A stretch of 33,755 bases of DNA from Chiloscyllium plagiosum (Eukaryota), in the NCBI RefSeq assembly GCF_004010195.1, contig NC_057759.1:4484703-4518457 (forward strand), written 5' to 3'. The first letter of the stretch is position 1. Each line of letters begins with the position of its first letter. Under the pieces are notes generated by a model. That model searched no databases, was not told the origin of the DNA, and worked only from the letters and a program-made list of their open reading frames with translations. Of the stretch, positions 1-10,701 are shown in pieces. A program made the position numbers and the translations under genes.

Positions 1-596
1 ATAATGCAATAAGCTTCAATCTGCAATTTGAGAGGGAGAGGGTACAGTCGGAAGTGACAGTACTTCTGTTGAATAAAGGGAACTATGGAGCTATGAGGGA
101 GGAGCTGGCCAAAGTTCAATTGTGCAATACCTTAGCAGGGATGACCGTGGAGGAACAATGGCGGATATTTCTGTGTATAATGCAGAAGTTGCAGGATCAG
201 TTCATTCCTAAAAGGAAGAAAGATCCCAGGAGGAGGCATGGGCGGCTGTGGCTGATGAGGGAAGTAAAGAAACATATAAAGTTAAAAGAGAAAAAGTATA
301 ACATAGCTAAGATAAGTGGAAAAACTGAGGACTGGAAAGCTTTTAAAGAGCAACAGAGGATTACTAAGAAGGAAATACGCAGAGGAAAAATGAGATATGA
401 GGTGGGTTCTTTACCCAGAGAGTGGTGGGGGCATGGAATGCGCTGCCTGTGGGAGTGGTAGAGTCAGAATCTTTGGTGACCTTTAAGCGGCAATTGGATA
501 GGTACATGGATGGGTGCTTAAGCTAGGACAAATGTTGGCACAACATCGTGGGCCGAAGGGCCTGTTCTGTGCTGTATTGTTCTATGTTCTATGTTC
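1..596 (+). mobile_element. CR1-clade LINE fragment: ORF2 linker region joined directly to a LINE 3' end
   Basis: 1-400 translates as a CR1 ORF2 post-endonuclease region (LNKGNY...QFIPKRKK...WLMREVKKHIKLKEKKY). At about 400 it jumps to a 3'-end sequence (TTCTTTACCCAGAGAGTGGT...GGGCCGAAGGGCCTGTT) ending in a (TGTTCTA)n tail at about 578-596. Confidence 0.85.
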
Positions 597-1071
597 CAAT
601 GACAGAAATAAAAGGAAATACAGAAATTGTAGGAGAAACTCAGCAGGGACAGATATTATTTGCCACCTGGGGACTGACTGTTTACTGTAAAACACCTTTC
701 CATCTTTTCTTTTGATCCTTTTTTTGCTGGGGCCGTGTACTGTTCAGTAAAGAACACGGGCACACGATGGCAACTATTCATTTGGTTTACAAACCTTGAG
801 ATTCTCAACCAAGGGCGTGTACTCTGAGAATTATTATTAAAGGGTGGAAAATCAAAGGTTTTCTGTATATCTGAGGGAGGCTGTGTGCGATGGGTATGAC
901 TCAACTTGGAATTTGTAGGGTAGACCCTGGAGTCCATCGGAGGAAGACAGAACAATAGTGATGCATCGTAATTTCATTATTTTATTCCTTAGAGGGATAT
1001 ATATATATGTATATAATCTGGCTCAATCAGGAAAGATTTTATATATGATTGAGCCATTCCAACTACCTCAG

Positions 1072-1616
1072 TCTCAAGTCAGAAGTGAGATGGAATGCTC
1101 CCACTTTGCCTGATTAGTTGCAGCTCCAACAACACTTGAAAAGCTTGACATGATCGTGGGACAAAGCAGCTCCACTTGGTTGGAACAACATCCACAAACA
1201 TCCACTCCCTCGACTAGCCATGCTCAGTAGCAGCAGTGTGTACCATCTACAAGATGGACTGCAGAAATACACCAAAGATCCTCAGGCAGCACCTTCAAAA
1301 GCACAACCACTTCCATCTAGAAGGACAAGTACAGCAGATACATGGGAACACCCACCATCTACAAGTTCCCCTTCTGGCCGATCAGTGTCCTGACATGGAA
1401 ATATAACACTGTTCTTTCAGGGTCATTGGGTCAAAATCCTGGTATTCCCTCCGTCAGGGCAATGTGTGTCTATCTACAGCACATGGACTGCAGCAGTTCA
1501 AGAAAGCAACTCATCGCTACCTTCTCAAGGGGGCAACTAGGGATGAGTTGGGCAATAAATGCTGGGCCCAGCAGTGATGCCCATATGACATGAGTGAGTA
1601 ATAGTAACAAAAAAAA
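1072..1616 (+). mobile_element. 3' end of a different non-LTR retrotransposon family (CR1/L2 group), decayed
   Basis: Degenerate ORF2 C-terminus (QVRSEME..., AAPTTLEKLD..., VAAVCTIYKM..., GSKSW..., FKKATH) followed by AATAAA at 1554-1559 and an A-rich tail ending about 1616. Confidence 0.7.
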
Positions 1617-1917
1617 TTGTAAATTACCCTGGGGCCTCCACCTTCTCTATGTGAGCTTGTTCTGGGAGGGTGGGCACAAACTTTGCAGTGAATGTTGATG
1701 CAAAATACACATTCGATGTTATTGAGTCACCTGGTTTGCGAACTGCTTTGAAACGGTCGATATATATAGCTAAGAGCTTAGGTTTATATTCATGCTGGGT
1801 TGGGGCTGTGACCTTAATTGTCGCTCCATATTTAAGTTTGAGGCATTGTTTGCTGTTGGTTTAACATTCTGATCTCTAACCTTTCGGTTCCCTTTGCTTA
1901 TTGTTTCTTGACTATAG

Positions 1918-1983
1918 ATGACTCCAAAATGGATAGGGGTTTGGTGTACTCAGTTTCCACCATCTCAAAAATAAGAAACGCTG
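1918..1983 (+). CDS. Putative internal coding exon (phase 1-1, 66 nt) of an ITIM-bearing receptor cytoplasmic tail: (x)DSKMDRGLVYSVSTISKIRNA(G)
   Basis: Branch-point-like CTCTAAC (1874-1880), long pyrimidine tract, TAG acceptor ending at 1917, donor CTG|GTAAAG after 1983 (alternative in-frame ACA|GTATGT after 1995). Open frame with a Tyr motif, in unique sequence between repeats, phase-compatible with the exon at 8086. Confidence 0.6.
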
Positions 1984-3466
1984 GTAAAGGATACAGTATG
2001 TAAACTTTCATAACATTTCTGGTTCAGTGAAAGTGGGAGATTTTCTCAAGTTTACCTTAACCCTCTAAAACCCAGCCACTTTTAAACATCGCAAGTGAGA
2101 AAGGCCAATTTTGATGGTATTAGGCAAGAACTTACAAAAGCTGATTGGGCGCAGATGTTCGCAGGTAATGGGAAGGCTGGAAAATAGGAAGTCTTCAGAA
2201 ATGAGATAATGAGAATCCAGAGAAAGTATATTCCTGTCAGGGTGAAAGGAAAGACTGGTAGGTATAGGGAATGCTGGATGACTAAAGAAATTGAAGGTTT
2301 GGTTAAGAAAAGGAAGGAAGCATATATAAGTTATAGAAGGATAGATCGAGAGAATCCTTAGGAGAGTATGAAGGAAGTAGGAATATACTTGAGAGAGAAA
2401 TCAGGAGGGGAAGAAGGGGACATGAGATAGCTTTGGCAAATAGAATTAAGGAGATCCAAAGGGGTTTTACAAATACTTTAAGGACAAAAAGGGGTTACTA
2501 GTGAGAGAATAGGGCCCCTCAAAGATCAGCAAGGTGGCCTTTGGGTGGAACCGCAGGAGATGGGGGAGATACTAAACGAGTATTTTGCATCAGTATTTAC
2601 GATGGAAAAGGACATGGAAGGTCTCGAATGTACGGAAATAGATGGTGACATTTTAAAAAATGTCCATCTTAGAGAGGAGGAAGTGCTGGATGACATGAAA
2701 CGCATAAAAGTGGAGAAATCCCCAGGACCTGATCAGGTGTACCCTAGAACCCTGTGGGAAGCTCGGGAAGTGATTGCTAGGCCTCTTGCTGAGATATTTG
2801 AACATTGATAGTCACAGATGAGGTGCCGGAAGACTAGGAGGTTGGCTAAGGTAGTGCCACTGTTTAAGAAAGGTGGTAAGGACAAACCAGGGAACTATAG
2901 ACCAGTGAGTCTGACATCGGTGGTGGGCAAGTTGTTGGAAGGAATCCTGAGGAACAGGATGTACATATATTTGGAAAGGCAAGGACTAATTACAGATAGT
3001 CAACATGGCTTTGTGTGTGGGAAATCATGTCTCAGAAACATGATTGAGTTGTTTGAAGAAGTAACAAAGAGGATTGATGAGGGTAGAGCGGTAGATGTGA
3101 TAAATACAGACTTCAGTAAGGCATTCGACAAGGTTCCCCATGGGGGACTGGTTAGCAAGGTTAGATCTCGTGGAATACAGGGAGAACTAGCCATTTGGAT
3201 ACAGAACTGGTTCAAAGGTAGTAAACGGAGGGTAGTGATGGAAGGTTGGTTTTCAGACTGGAGGCCTGTGACCAGTGGAGTGCCACAAGGATCGGTGCTG
3301 GGTCCACTACTTTTTATCATTTATATAAATGATTTGGATGTGAGCAGAAGAGGTACAGTTAGTAAGTTTAACTAGGAGAAAGTGAGGACTGCAGATACTG
3401 GAAACCAGAGTTGAAAAATGTGGTGCTGGAAAAACACAGCAGGCCAGGCAGCATCCGAGGAGCAGG

Positions 3467-3506
3467 AGATTTGACGTTTCGGGCATAAGCGCTTCTTCAG
3501 AAATCT
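3467..3506 (-). ncRNA. Minimal type I hammerhead ribozyme motif (PLE family 1)
   Basis: Minus strand reads agauuu CUGAAGA A GCGC UUAU GCCC GAAACGUC aaaucu. Intact CUGANGA/GAAA core, 6-bp helix I, helix II with one mismatch, palindromic ACGU helix III. Predicted cut after GUC (3473). Confidence 0.75.
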
Positions 3507-4682
3507 TTTTGTCTAGCCGCGTGTCGAACTCATTGATCCAGAGCATAGGGGGATGAAGGCGAGGCCTCTGCTGAGGACTGATCTTTCATCCTTAGGGGGA
3601 GGTTTGGAGGGATGGTGAAAATACGGTAGGGCTGGGAGCTAGGACCTGGTGTGGGGCTGGAGTTGGTCGTGGGGGCGGAGTTGGTTGATGTGGGAGTGGC
3701 GTAGCGTGCATTGTGGTCCTTGAGCAGGTGAGTGACGTCACTGAGAGCAGAAGTGGCTGCGGCAACGGCAGCTCCGGGGGCGGAAGTGGCGTGCCGGGCA
3801 GAAATGGCGCTGGTCCCGGTAGCCATGGATCCCGCGGCGGCCGCGTATCTGTCGGCGATGGTCTTCCTAGCAATCATGGAGGCGGTTGTCTGGGCAGCGA
3901 TCGCAGAGGTTGCATGGTCGGTGGTGGCTGTTGTCTGTGCGGTGGTGGGGGAGGAAGTGACGTCACCGTTCGCCGCGGCAATGGTGGCTGCAGCAGCTGT
4001 GTGGGCAATGGCGCCTGAGCGGTTCCAGAGGTCGCAAGAAGGTTCAGGAACGGTCGAGGAATCCGGAGTGTGAGGGTGAGTACATGAAAGTTTTCGTACT
4101 TACTTTCTTTGATGTTCGATATGGCTAAGAAAAAGCGTTTGTTCAGTGTATGAATTCTTCTGAGGATGAAGAACAGCAAAGGTCCTTTGCAAGAGTGTTG
4201 TCCTGAGCTGGGGCAGGGCTGACTGCAGGAAGTGTAGGTAGCGGCGCATGGCTGCGCGCTTGGAGCGGAGGATCCGGAGGGAGGTCTGTTTCATGGAGGC
4301 TTCGGATTTGTTGCAGGTACAGGTTGTCCTGGTTGGGTCCAAATTGTGTTGGTCTGAATGTAGTCCGGAGTCCATGCGGGGTCAGTCGGTTCCATAGGCA
4401 GGTGCTGAGGAAAGAGATGTGGCTGTGATAGCGAGTCTGTTTCAGGTCGTGGCTGAAGAGCTTCAGGGCAGAGGAGATGACCTGGGGGGAGGGACTCATC
4501 TGAGATCCTTGTAGAGAGAGGGAGGAGAGCTTCTTCAAGGTAGGCATCCTTGCAAGAGGATTCGCAGTAGGTTAAGATCAACTAGGAGAAAGTGAGGACT
4601 GCAGATCCTGGAGACCAGAGTTGAAAAATGTGGTGCTGGAAAAACACAGCAGGCCAGGCAGCATCCGAGGAGCAGGAGAATC

Positions 4683-4710
4683 GACGTTTTGGGCATAAGC
4701 CCTTCTTCAG
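4683..4710 (-). ncRNA. Hammerhead motif, inactive-looking copy (G12 to A, helix I partner truncated)
   Basis: CUGAAGA A GGGC UUAU GCCC AAAACGUC. Perfect helix II, but GAAA has become AAAA at a CpG site. Confidence 0.65.
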
Positions 4711-5904
4711 TTAGTAAGTTTGCGGATAACACCAAAACTGAAGTGTAGTGGACAGCGAAGGAGGTTACCTCAGATTACAACGGGATGTTGATCAGATGTG
4801 CCAATGGGCTGAGAAGGATAAATGTGAGGTGTTGCATTTTGGAAAAACAAATCTTAGCAGGACTTATACACTTAATGGTAAGGTCCTAGGGAGTGTTGCT
4901 GAACAAAGAGACCTTGGAATGCAGGCTCATAGCTCCTTAAAAGTGGAATCACAGGTAGATAGGATAGTGAAGAAGGCATTTGGTATGCTTTGCTTTATTG
5001 GTCAGAGTATTGAGTACAGGAGCTGGGAGGTCATGTTGCGGCTGTACAGGACATTAATTCGCCCACTTTTGGAACATTGCTTGCAATTCTGGTTGGAGGA
5101 TTTGAGCTATATGGAAAGGTTGAATAGACTAGGGCTATTTTCTCTACAGTGTTGGAGGCTCTAGGGTGACCTCATAGAGGTTCATAAAATCATGAGAGGC
5201 ATGGATAGGATAAATAGATAAAGTCTTTTCCCTGGGGTGGAGGGTGAGAGGGGAAGGATTTAAAAGAGGACTAAAGGACAACTTTTTCACGCAGAGGGTG
5301 GTACGTGTATGGAATGAGCTGCCAGAGGAAATGGTGGAGGCTAGTACAATTGCTACATTTAAAAGGCATCTGGATGGGTATATGAATAGGAAGGGTTTGG
5401 AGGGATATGGGCCGGGTGCTGTCAGGTGGAGCTAGATTGGGTTAGGATATCTTCTCGGCATGGACGAGTTGGACCGAAGGGTCTGTTTCCATGCTGTACA
5501 TCTCTGTGACCCTAATGTTTCCTTTGCTTATAGCATGGAGTGATGATCTACCCAAATGTTTTGAATCTTTTTACATCAGTTGAATTTATTAATAATCAAT
5601 AGTGTTTGCAATCAATTAAATCATAGACATGTTTCATCTATGTCAACTAAATTAACAATAGGGCAATGTGAATTGGAAGAAGGAATGCTACATTGATGAT
5701 TAATTACTTTTCCTTTCATCTTGTTTTGAGGGGATGCCTACATTTAAGCCTGGGACATCATTCTATTGATTGCCCCAGTACAACAGCTTAATGTCTGAGA
5801 GTGGTCCTTTCTGGCCTTGGTCTTAGGGGCAAGGAGCCATTCGCTCTGGGTCTAGCATCATTCACATGAGGAGCATTGCCATTTCATTTCCCTGAGTGTT
5901 TCTT

Positions 5905-6917
5905 TGGTGACACAACGATAGGTGGAAGGACAGCTAGTGTTGAGGAAGCAGGGAGGCTGCAGAAGGATTTGGACAGGCTGGGAGAGTGGGCAACAAAATG
6001 GCTGATGGAATACAATGTGGGAAAGTGGGAAGAACAGAGACAGAGACAGTTTTTGAAATGGGGAAAGGGTTCAGAAATCTGAAGAACAAAAGGACTTCGG
6101 AGTCTGAGTTCAGGATTCCTTTCAGGTTGGGCAAAAGTGAGGACAGAAGATGCCAGAAACCTGATGAAGGGCTTTTGCCCGAAACATCAATTTTCCTGCT
6201 CCTTGGATGCTGCCTGACCTGCTGTGCTTTTCCAGCACCACTCTGATCTCTTATTTTCAGGTTAACAGGCAGGTTCAGTTGACAGTTAGGAAGGCAAATG
6301 GAATGTCAGCATTCATTTTGTGAGGTGTAGAATACAAGAGCAGGGATGTACTGCTGAGGCTGTATTAGGCTCTGGTCAGACCACATTTGGAACATTTGAG
6401 AGCAGTTTTGGGCCCCCTATCTAAGGAAGAATGTGCTGAACTTGGAGGAAGTTCAGAGGGGGTTTACAAGAAAAATCACAGGAATGAAGAATTTATCATA
6501 TGAGGAGAGGTTGAGGACTCCTTGAGTCTGGATTCAGTGGAGTTTAGAAGGGTGAGGGTGAATCTGATTGAAACTGGGAGAATACTGAACGGCCGGGATA
6601 GAGTGGACATGGAGAATATGTTTCCATGAGTAGGAGAGACTAGGACCCGAAGGCACAGCCTCAGAATGAAGGGAACTCCCTTTAGAACTGAGATGAGGAG
6701 GAATTTCTTCAGCCAGACAGTGGGGAATCTGTGGAACTCATTACTGCAGACAGCTGTCATTATGTCTTTAAGACAGAGATAGATAGATAGATAGATTCTT
6801 GATCAGTAGGATGATGAACCATTACAGAGAGAAGGCATGAGAATGGGGTTAACAAACATATCAGCCATAACGGAGCAGACTTGATGGGCTGAATGGCTGC
6901 TCTCTCTTATGGTCTTG
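5905..6917 (+). mobile_element. CR1-clade LINE 3' portion, older family
   Basis: DT.IGG...LQKDLDRLGEWA.KWLMEYNVGK, ALVRPHLE, RRNFFSQ.V..LWNSL motifs; decayed 3' UTR; small (GATA)n at about 6778-6795. Confidence 0.85.
6129..6254. mobile_element. Short PLE family-1 terminal-repeat insertion with internal inversion; hammerhead core on + strand at 6161-6188
   Basis: Flanked by TTTCAGGTT at 6120-6128 and 6255-6263. AAAGTGAGGAC... is followed by the opposite-orientation CTGATGA A GGGC TTTT GCCC GAAAC ATC. Confidence 0.8.
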
Positions 6918-7089
6918 GTTACTAAGTGACTAATGGCCTGTGACACATCACACAGTTTAGGCCTTCAGATTCAGAGCTTTCTGAGCATGTACTATGAGCC
7001 ACCCACTCTAAAAAGTGTTCAGGCAGCTGGACGACCAATAGAACATACGGACGAGGAGCCCTCAGGAGCCAGCTTCCCTCTTTCTTTAT

Positions 7090-7506
7090 GGCTGCGACTG
7101 ATCTCATCCCTGCCTCAATTCCAATTTCCTGCCCCCACTCCCTTTAACCCCTCACTGATTGTCAATCTGTCTGTCCCTTCCTTTAATTTATTCAGTGTCC
7201 CGACATGCCCCCCCCCCCCCACACACACAATGGGAGATGAATTCTCAGATATTCCCACCCCCTCTGCCTTGGAGAGAAGCCATTTCTCAACATCTTTTCA
7301 ATCTGCCCCACCCCCTTCTCCTGAAACAATGACCCTCTCATTCTAAATTGTCACATGTGAGGAAACATCCTCTCCGTCTCCTTTGTCAATCTCACCTCCT
7401 TTACCACCCTATTTCCCTCAGTTGGAACTCCCCTCATTCCTCTAAACTCCAGAGCATATTGGCCTTAACTGCTCAATCTCTCTTTTGAAGACAAACTCCT
7501 CATCTC
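7090..7506 (-). mobile_element. Highly decayed CR1-type LINE 3' remnant
   Basis: Pyrimidine-rich reverse complement of a CR1 ORF2 C-terminus and 3' UTR, similar to other copies in the window. Confidence 0.55.
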
Positions 7507-7589
7507 TGAACATGAAATGTACAAAATTATATTAGATGGTATCTTGGATGTAGAATACACATCTCAAGGTGACTTAGTCATAATTTCCG

Positions 7590-8037
7590 AGAGGTCTACA
7601 GCCCAGAAAAAAGACTCCATTGAGTCTGTGCCAGTCAGAAACAACCACCTCTAATCCCATTTCCCCAGCACTAGGCTCCATAGCCTTGGTATCCGGAGTG
7701 CTCATCTAAATCCTCCTTCAATGTGATGATGGTTTCTGTTTCTCCCACCCTTACAGACAGTGACTTCCAGATTCCCCACCGCCCTCTGGGTGAACAAGAT
7801 TTTCCTCACATCCCTTTGAAACCTCCTGGCCCTTATCTTCAATCTATACCCCTCACCCCACCTCTGTCAAGGCAGGGGTGGAGATTTCTTCCTGTCTACC
7901 CTATCTTCACCCCTCATCGTTTTATACATCCCTCTCTTTCAATCCACTCAGCTGTAAGGACAACTACCCCAATCTGTCCAATTTCTCTCAATCACTGAAA
8001 CTCTCATCTGGTAAATCTCCCTGTGCATCCTCTCACA
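7590..8037 (-). mobile_element. Highly decayed CR1-type LINE 3' remnant
   Basis: TTCCAGATTCCCCACCGCCCTCTGGGTGAA...TTCCTCACATC matches the reverse complement of the conserved FFTQRVV..WN segment. Confidence 0.6.
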
Positions 8038-8085
8038 ATTCATTTAGATATGTACCGTTGGATATGTCTTTTCTTTTATTTACAG

Positions 8086-8117
8086 GTCACTCTAATGGTG
8101 CAGCAGGAAGGAAACCC
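8086..8117 (+). CDS. Putative 32-nt coding exon (phase 1-0): (G)HSNGAAGRKP
   Basis: Acceptor TCTTTTCTTTTATTTACAG ending at 8085 and consensus donor GTAAGT at 8118-8123. Phases join the 1918 and 10702 exons into one open frame. Confidence 0.65.
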
Positions 8118-8192
8118 GTAAGTTATTTTGTAGTGAAAAGGAGGGCAGTTAATTTTTAACCAGCAAAGTTACGTTTTTAGCAGGCAGTTAAT

Positions 8193-8414
8193 GTAAAGTC
8201 ACCATTGTCTCATTAGAGAGAGGGAGAAGGAGGTGTAAGGGAGACAAAGAGAGAAAAAGCAACAACTGTTTTATGGTTTAACCCGAGGGTCACCACATCT
8301 AAGGCACAGGGAATGATCGTTCACAGCAACCTCAACCAGAGCAGTAATTGAACCGCATGCTGTCAATGTGACTATACATTGTAAACCAACTATAGAATCA
8401 ACTGAGCTAACCAA
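8193..8414 (-). mobile_element. tRNA-derived SINE, decayed
   Basis: Minus strand begins GGTTAGCTCAGTTG (box A-like) and contains GGTTCAATTAC (box B-like), followed by a non-tRNA body. Confidence 0.6.
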
Positions 8415-8442
8415 CCCTTTCATGGCCAGTGGCAAAAACATT

Positions 8443-8935
8443 GGGTGGCACAGTGGTTCAGTGGTTAGCATTGCTACCTCACAGCGCCAGGAACACAGGA
8501 ACAATTCCAGCCTCGGGTGATTGTGCAAACTCCCAATAGACATTCTCCCCTCCTCTCCGTGGGTTTTCTCCGGGTGCTCCGGTTTCCTCCCACAGTCAAA
8601 AATGTGCAGTTTAGGTGGATTGGCCATGCTAAGTTGCCCATAGTATGAGAGTTACGCAGGCTAGAAGGGATAGTCATGGGAAATGCAGGGTTACAGTGAT
8701 TGGAGAGGTTTTTTTTGTGGTGGGTCTGGGTTGGATGCTATTCAGTGGGTCATGATATGGACCCGATGGGCTGAAAGGCCTGCTTCCACGCTGCAGGATT
8801 CTATGAAGTGCAGGTTAGGGGAAATGGCCATGGTTAATGCAGGGTTATTGGACTAGGGCCGGGGTCTGGGTGGGATCCTTTTCACTGGCTTGGGACAGAC
8901 TGGATGGGCTGAATGGTCTCTTTGCACACTGTACA
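8443..8935 (+). mobile_element. HE1/V-SINE-type SINE, decayed, with a duplicated 3' segment at about 8807-8935
   Basis: GGTGGCACAGTGGTTCAGTGGTTAGCA head and CCGGGTGCTCCGGTTTCCTCCCACAGTC core, homologous to 33514-33755. Confidence 0.85.
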
Positions 8936-9084
8936 GATCTTGGGGACATTAATGTTTAGCTCAACGGTGTGGGGCAATTTATTCCGGTCTCAATTTTGAT
9001 GAGATTCACTTTCATGTTTCTGAAATAATGGGGAAGCAAAATCCTATGTTTTCAGCTCCCCAGGGAGCTCTGCAGATGTGAATT

Positions 9085-9540
9085 TGAAACTTGCTGTGGC
9101 AGGTGGTGGATCTGGAATTCGATTTGAAACAAAAACAGATCTGGAGTTAAGACTCTAATGATGACTGTTGTCAGGAACAAACAACCATCTGGTTCAAAAT
9201 TGAAGACTGAGGTGAGGAGGAATTTCTTCTCTGAGAGGGTTGAGAGTCTTGGAATCCTTGCCGCAGAGAGCTGTGTGTGGGGACAGGGAACAGGTTTATA
9301 GCTGGGGTAGGTAGGTTCCTGATCAGTCGGGGAATTGAGGATGACATGTTAAGTGCAGGAAAGTGAACGTGAGGAATGGTGCATCAGCCACAACACTAAT
9401 GGCTGAGCAGGCTCGAGGGACCAAATGGCCGCCTCCTGTTCCTGTCTGTGATGGTCCTTCAGGGAATGAAATCTGACCTCCTTACCCACTCTGCTCTGCA
9501 TGTGAATCCTAATCCTTTGCAAACTCTTCACTGCCTTCTG
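9085..9540 (+). mobile_element. Deu-domain-type SINE remnant interrupted by a CR1 3'-end fragment (about 9200-9447)
   Basis: CCATCTGGTTCA (9185-9196) resumes as GTCCTTCAGGGAATGAAATCTG after a LINE piece (GAGGAGGAATTTCTTCTCTGAGAGGGT...). Family identity is from recalled consensus. Confidence 0.55.
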
Positions 9541-9780
9541 GCTGAGCAAGTCGATTGGTTCAAGGACATTTCGGAATTGCATCCACTTCCGACTTTGGCA
9601 GAGATGGCCACATCCTATTCAGAGTACAGAGAAATAACATTTGTCAGGGTCAATTTTAGGCTTGCTCCAATCACATGCTTTGCCAAGAGAAGTTGGTCTG
9701 TATAATGACCCCAGGTATTCACAGCTCCTCCTGTACACTCTGATTATCTTTCAGGCAAAGTTTGTTATTCTCATCCATTT

Positions 9781-10657
9781 TCATAGAGTCACACAGCATG
9801 GAAATAGTCCCTTTGGCCCAACTCGCCCATGCTGACCAAGTTTCCCAAACTCAACTAGTCCCATTTATCTGCATTTGGCCCATATCTCTCTAAACTTTTC
9901 TTATCCATGTACCTTTCCAAATGTCTTTGAAATATCTGTCTCTCCCACTTCCCCTGGCAGCAGCTCATACCGTATACGCACTGCCCTCTGTGTGAAAAAT
10001 TTGCCTCTCACGTCTTTCCCCTCTAACCTTAAACCTATGCCCACTAGTTTTGGATACCCCTACCTTGGGAAAAGACCATACCTATTTACCTTATCTATGC
10101 CCCTTGTGATTTTATAACCTCCATAAGGTCACCTCTCAGACTCTGATGCTCCAGGAGAGAAAAGCTCCCAGCTCATGCAGCTTCTCCTCATAATTCAAAC
10201 CCTGCAATGTTGGTAACATCTTTGTCAATCTTTTCCGTATCTTTATTAGCTGAAGAAATTTCTACAGCAGGCCGACCAGAATTGCACATAGTATTCCAAA
10301 AGTGGCCTCACCAACATCCTGTACAGCTGTAACGTGATGCCCCAACTCCTGTCGTCAGTGCTCTGACCAATGAAAGTGATCATGCCAAACACCACCTTCT
10401 GCACCATGTCTAGCTGCAATGCCATATTCAAGGAACAATCGAACTGCACCCCAAGGCCTCTCTGTTCGGAAACACTCCCCAGACTTGTACTATGAACAGT
10501 GTACATCCTGCCCTGGTTTGTCTTATCAAAATGCAATACGTCGCATTTATCTAAATTAAATGTCACCTGCCATTCCTTGACCCACTGGCCTAGTTGATAA
10601 AATGTCCATTATGTTCTTAGATAAGCTTCTTCTTTGTCCAAAATGCTACCAATTTTA
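9781..10657 (-). mobile_element. CR1-clade LINE 3' portion
   Basis: ORF 10246..10566: FNLDKCDVLHF...LYRMLVRPLLEYYVQFWS; 3' UTR at the left end. Confidence 0.9.
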
Positions 10658-10701
10658 GTCCTGCTCCTATCTACTACATTTCTGTGTTGACCTGTTTTCA
10701 G

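Larger units (their letters stand above)
3370..4710 (-). mobile_element. Penelope-like element, internally deleted (no RT or endonuclease), bounded by two 131-bp direct repeats (pseudo-LTRs)
   Basis: Repeats 3370-3500 and 4580-4710 differ at 6 of 131 positions. Target duplication TTAGTAAGTTT at 3359-3369 and 4711-4721 (14 bp if the shared CAG is counted). The minus-strand interior encodes a frameshifted PLE N-terminus (SALKLF..LKQTRYHSHISFLSTCL..LTPHGL; ILRRIHTLN; RIFTIPPNLPL/DERSVLSRGLAFIP). Confidence 0.88.
2097..5513 (+). mobile_element. 5'-truncated CR1-clade LINE (ORF2 reverse transcriptase to 3' end), decayed, interrupted at 3370-4710
   Basis: [45 protein letters not shown]. The SKFADxTK motif is split by the insertion. 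3' UTR GGACCGAAGGGTCTGTTTCC at about 5471-5490. Many stops and frameshifts. Confidence 0.95.

Noticed and set aside
993..1008. Possible micro-exon after the pyrimidine tract TTATTTTATTCCTTAG
   Set aside because: It runs into a (TA)n microsatellite and has no convincing donor or coherent frame.
1019..1056. 11-bp inverted repeat TGGCTCAATCA/TGATTGAGCCA
   Set aside because: Single short hairpin with no target duplication or second copy; not enough to call a MITE or structured RNA.
3530..4179. Overlapping Ala/Gly/Pro-rich ORFs on both strands as novel genes
   Set aside because: Explained by the GC-rich, low-complexity linker of the frameshifted Penelope ORF, where stop codons are rare.
5534..5583. 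Acceptor-like TTTCCTTTGCTTATAG followed by a potential IYPNV motif, as an extra receptor exon
   Set aside because: The Tyr-containing frame is phase 0, incompatible with the phase-1 upstream exon, and no good donor follows.
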